Notes under the pieces: model-generated
What the model was told of the DNA's origin: nothing
Database searches by the model: none
The model's input: the letters and a program-made list of their open reading frames with translations, nothing else
Source: Diadema antillarum
Lineage: Eukaryota
Direction of reading: 5' to 3'
Assembly: GCF_040938485.1 (NCBI RefSeq)
Contig: NW_027271783.1
Location: 1,426,001 to 1,490,000 of the forward strand
DNA length: 64,000 nucleotides
Part shown: piece after piece, positions 61,204 through 64,000 of the stretch
Layout: every line of letters begins with the position of its first letter
Position numbering within the stretch: position 1 is the stretch's first letter
Program-made: the position numbers and the translations under genes

Positions 61204-64000
61204 ATGGATGTTCAGGCATTTGTTCAGAGGACAGATTTGTCCCTCAAAGATTTGCAAAGGTTACGCAAATGTGATTTGACCGCTGTTGCACAGCATTTAA
61301 ATGTTGATGTTCCACAAGGTGTAAGAAAGGCAGAGATTCTTGACTTAGTAGCTGGTCACATGGAGCTCAAAGAAGAAATTGACACTCCAGATCGAGCTCA
61401 AATTTCAGATCAAACACGGCTTGAGCTTGCTAAATTGCAACTGAAGGAGAAAGAAATGGAAATGAAGGAAAGAGAAAGAGAAAGAGAAATTGAAATGAGG
61501 AAACTTGAAATTGAAGAGAAGAAAATGGAGCAACAACTGAAATTGCGTGAGATGGAATTGACTCATGCACAGACTGTTGGAAATCGTGAAAGGGCTCCCT
61601 CTGAATTTGATTTGGCCAAGAACATTCGATTGGTGCCAAAGTTTGAAGAAAACAGAGTTGATGCATACTTTGTGTCATTTGAGAAGGTGGCTAACAGTTT
61701 GAACTGGCCACAGGAATTTTGGCCCTTGCTCCTGCAAAGTGTGTTTGTCGGCAAAGCAGCCGATGTGTACTCATCTCTCTCTGAAGAGCAATCACGTGAC
61801 TATGCTACAGTCAAGAAAGCAGTATTGAATGCTTATGAGTTGGTGCCAGAGGCATATAGACACAAGTTCAGAAATTCGTACCGAAAACCAGGCCAGACAC
61901 ATGTTGAGTTTGCTCGTGAAAAAGAAATGATGTTTGATAGGTGGTACAGATCCCTGAAAGTGGATCAGGACTTTGATAACCTACGTGAGGTTGTTCTTTT
62001 GGAAGAATTCAAAAAGAGTGTTGCTTTCAGTGTGAGGTCACATTTGGATGATCACAAAGTGACAAGTTTGCATAAAGCAGCCTTGATGGCTGATGAGTAT
62101 GAGCTGACCCACAGAAATGACAACAGACCACCTTTCAGGAATTTCTCTGGAAATAAGAGAGACAAAATTCATTCGAGCAATCCAAAGAATGCTGGTCCTG
62201 AAAAAGGCACAAGTTCTGAAACTTCATCGGCACCAAAGCCTCAATCTGACAAAGGGTCCAGTACAAGGGCAAATGTAATCAAATGTTTTCACTGTAACAA
62301 GACAGGGCATGTAAAGTCACAGTGTTGGAAGTTGCAAAACAAAACAAAGAAGGACTTGGGATTTGTCATGTCAAAAAGTGTCCTACCAGAAAACAGTGTC
62401 CCGTTCAGTGAAACACAGGCCATTGAAAGTCAATCTCCCAAATTCAAAGATAGGATGAAGCAGGTGGATGAGAGCTATCATAGCTTTTTGTTTGATGGTG
62501 AGGTGACCCCATGTACTTCTGGTGAGGCAGGTAAGCCAGTGGTCATCCTGAGGGATACGGGGGCCTCTCAGTCATTGATGGTGGATGGTGGTATGACTTT
62601 TCCACCAGATAGTGCAGTGAATGCAAAAGTTTTGATTCAGACTGTTGATGGCAGTTATATGTCAGTGCCACTGTATAGAGTGGATTTGAAGTGTGACCTA
62701 GTTTCTGGTCCTGTCACTGTTGGAGTTGTTCCTGAGTTGCCCATGGCAGGCATTGACTTCTTGTTGGGGAATGACTTGGCTGGGGACAAGGTGGTTGCGT
62801 CTCCAGTTGTTTCGGAGAAACCAGTGGTGGTTGCTGAAACTGAGCAGTTGCAGGAGGAGTTTCCTGGGATTTTCCCAGATTGTGTTGTGACTAGGTCTCA
62901 GGCTCGTAGAGCTGTTCAAGATGATGCGGATTCTGTTGATGTGGAGGAGAATTCCGGTGTTTGGTTGGCAGAAACCTTTTTCAAGGATCTGAATGATGGG
63001 GTTGCTGTATTAGGCTCCGAGGCTAACAGTGATGGGCTGTTTAGCAAGTCTTCCTTGGTTGAAGCACAGCAGGCAGACTTTGAGTTGAAAGGCTTGTCTC
63101 AGACGGCGTGTTCTGAGGCTGAGGCTGAAAAGGTCCCTGAGTGCTATTATGTCAAAGATGGCATTTTGATGAGGAAGTGGAGACCTCCCCATAGGCCAGC
63201 TGATGAGGATTGGACGGTGGTCCGTCAAGTTGTTGTCCCTCCTAGTTACCGCAATGAGATCTTGAGGATTGCTCACGAGTTACCAGTTGGCGGCCATTTA
63301 GGCGTCAGAAAGACAAAGGATCGGATCATGAGGCATTTCTATTGGCCGGGGTTGAATGTGGATGTGGCTGAGTTTTGCAAGACTTGTCACACATGTCAGG
63401 TGGCTGGTAAACCACAGCATTCAGTGAAGCCGGCGCCATTGATTCCGATACCTGCGTTTGAAGAACCATTCAGTCGGGTTCTAGTCGACTGTGTTGGACC
63501 TTTGCCTAGGACTAGGTCGGGTCATAAGTACCTCTTGACAATCATGGATATGTCCACACGGTTTCCAGAGGCTATCCCATTGCGAAATATCACTGCTAAG
63601 ACTGTGGTAGATGCTCTAGTGCAGTTTTTCACTAGGTATGGGTTGCCCAAGGAAGTGCAGTCTGACCAAGGGTCAAATTTCATGTCAGGCATATTTCAAG
63701 AAGTGATGTATCGTTTGGGTGTGAAGCAGCTGAAGTCGTCAGCTTATCATCCCCAATCCCAAGGTGCGTTGGAGCGCTACCACCAGACCCTAAAGACAAT
63801 GATTAGGGCATTTTGTGAGGAGTATCCCGAGGATTGGGATAAGGGCATCCCTTTCCTGCTGTTTGCAACGAGGGACTCCCCAAACGAGTCGACGGGTTTC
63901 AGCCCATTTGAGTTGGTGTACGGTCATGAAGTCAGGGGCCCACTGAAGCTCATCAAAGAGAAATTCATGACGGAGGATGATGAGGTCCACCTACTTGACT
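61204..64000 (+). CDS. Gmr1-type Gypsy polyprotein (gag-protease-integrase), open to the window end
   Basis: Hand translation from ATG 61204 gives 932 codons with no stop. It has a coiled coil, gag core (FEKVANSLNWPQEFWPLLLQS), CCHC knuckle CFHCNKTGHVKSQC (62284-62325), protease ILRDTGASQS (62554), integrase HHCC (63274-63396) and D-D(35)-E at 63487, 63664 and 63772. No RT lies between protease and integrase. Confidence 0.95.
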   Translation, partial: MDVQAFVQRTDLSLKDLQRLRKCDLTAVAQHLNVDVPQGVRKAEILDLVAGHMELKEEIDTPDRAQISDQTRLELAKLQLKEKEMEMKEREREREIEMRKLEIEEKKMEQQLKLREMELTHAQTVGNRERAPSEFDLAKNIRLVPKFEENRVDAYFVSFEKVANSLNWPQEFWPLLLQSVFVGKAADVYSSLSEEQSRDYATVKKAVLNAYELVPEAYRHKFRNSYRKPGQTHVEFAREKEMMFDRWYRSLKVDQDFDNLREVVLLEEFKKSVAFSVRSHLDDHKVTSLHKAALMADEYELTHRNDNRPPFRNFSGNKRDKIHSSNPKNAGPEKGTSSETSSAPKPQSDKGSSTRANVIKCFHCNKTGHVKSQCWKLQNKTKKDLGFVMSKSVLPENSVPFSETQAIESQSPKFKDRMKQVDESYHSFLFDGEVTPCTSGEAGKPVVILRDTGASQSLMVDGGMTFPPDSAVNAKVLIQTVDGSYMSVPLYRVDLKCDLVSGPVTVGVVPELPMAGIDFLLGNDLAGDKVVASPVVSEKPVVVAETEQLQEEFPGIFPDCVVTRSQARRAVQDDADSVDVEENSGVWLAETFFKDLNDGVAVLGSEANSDGLFSKSSLVEAQQADFELKGLSQTACSEAEAEKVPECYYVKDGILMRKWRPPHRPADEDWTVVRQVVVPPSYRNEILRIAHELPVGGHLGVRKTKDRIMRHFYWPGLNVDVAEFCKTCHTCQVAGKPQHSVKPAPLIPIPAFEEPFSRVLVDCVGPLPRTRSGHKYLLTIMDMSTRFPEAIPLRNITAKTVVDALVQFFTRYGLPKEVQSDQGSNFMSGIFQEVMYRLGVKQLKSSAYHPQSQGALERYHQTLKTMIRAFCEEYPEDWDKGIPFLLFATRDSPNESTGFSPFELVYGHEVRGPLKLIKEKFMTEDDEVHLLD

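Overview
Eukaryotic, AT-rich and repeat-dense DNA. The repeat landscape and gene structure suggest an invertebrate deuterostome, probably a sea urchin (inference). A GLIS1/3-type zinc-finger gene runs on the minus strand, and five coding exons can be placed exactly: 52009-51848, 32663-32553, 30318-30150, 28999-28855 and 27447-27314. Its 5' exons lie beyond the window end, and its last exons could not be identified. Two LTR retrotransposons lie on the plus strand. One is a complete, very young BEL/Pao element (8681-17800) with apparently identical 1556-bp LTRs, a GTTGT target-site duplication and an intact 1902-aa polyprotein. The other is a Gmr1-type Gypsy element whose gag-protease-integrase ORF starts at 61204 and runs off the window, so the ORF track omits it. 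The rest is intronic or intergenic DNA with many non-autonomous DNA transposons, tandem repeats and one assembly gap. The standout observation is in the BEL element, which has no tRNA primer-binding site. Removing a canonical-looking 1075-nt GT-AG intron inside its LTR joins CAGTTTG to CGAAC, giving a 12-mer that is the exact complement of the sequence at the PBS position. This suggests splice-assembled self-priming, which is an untested hypothesis.
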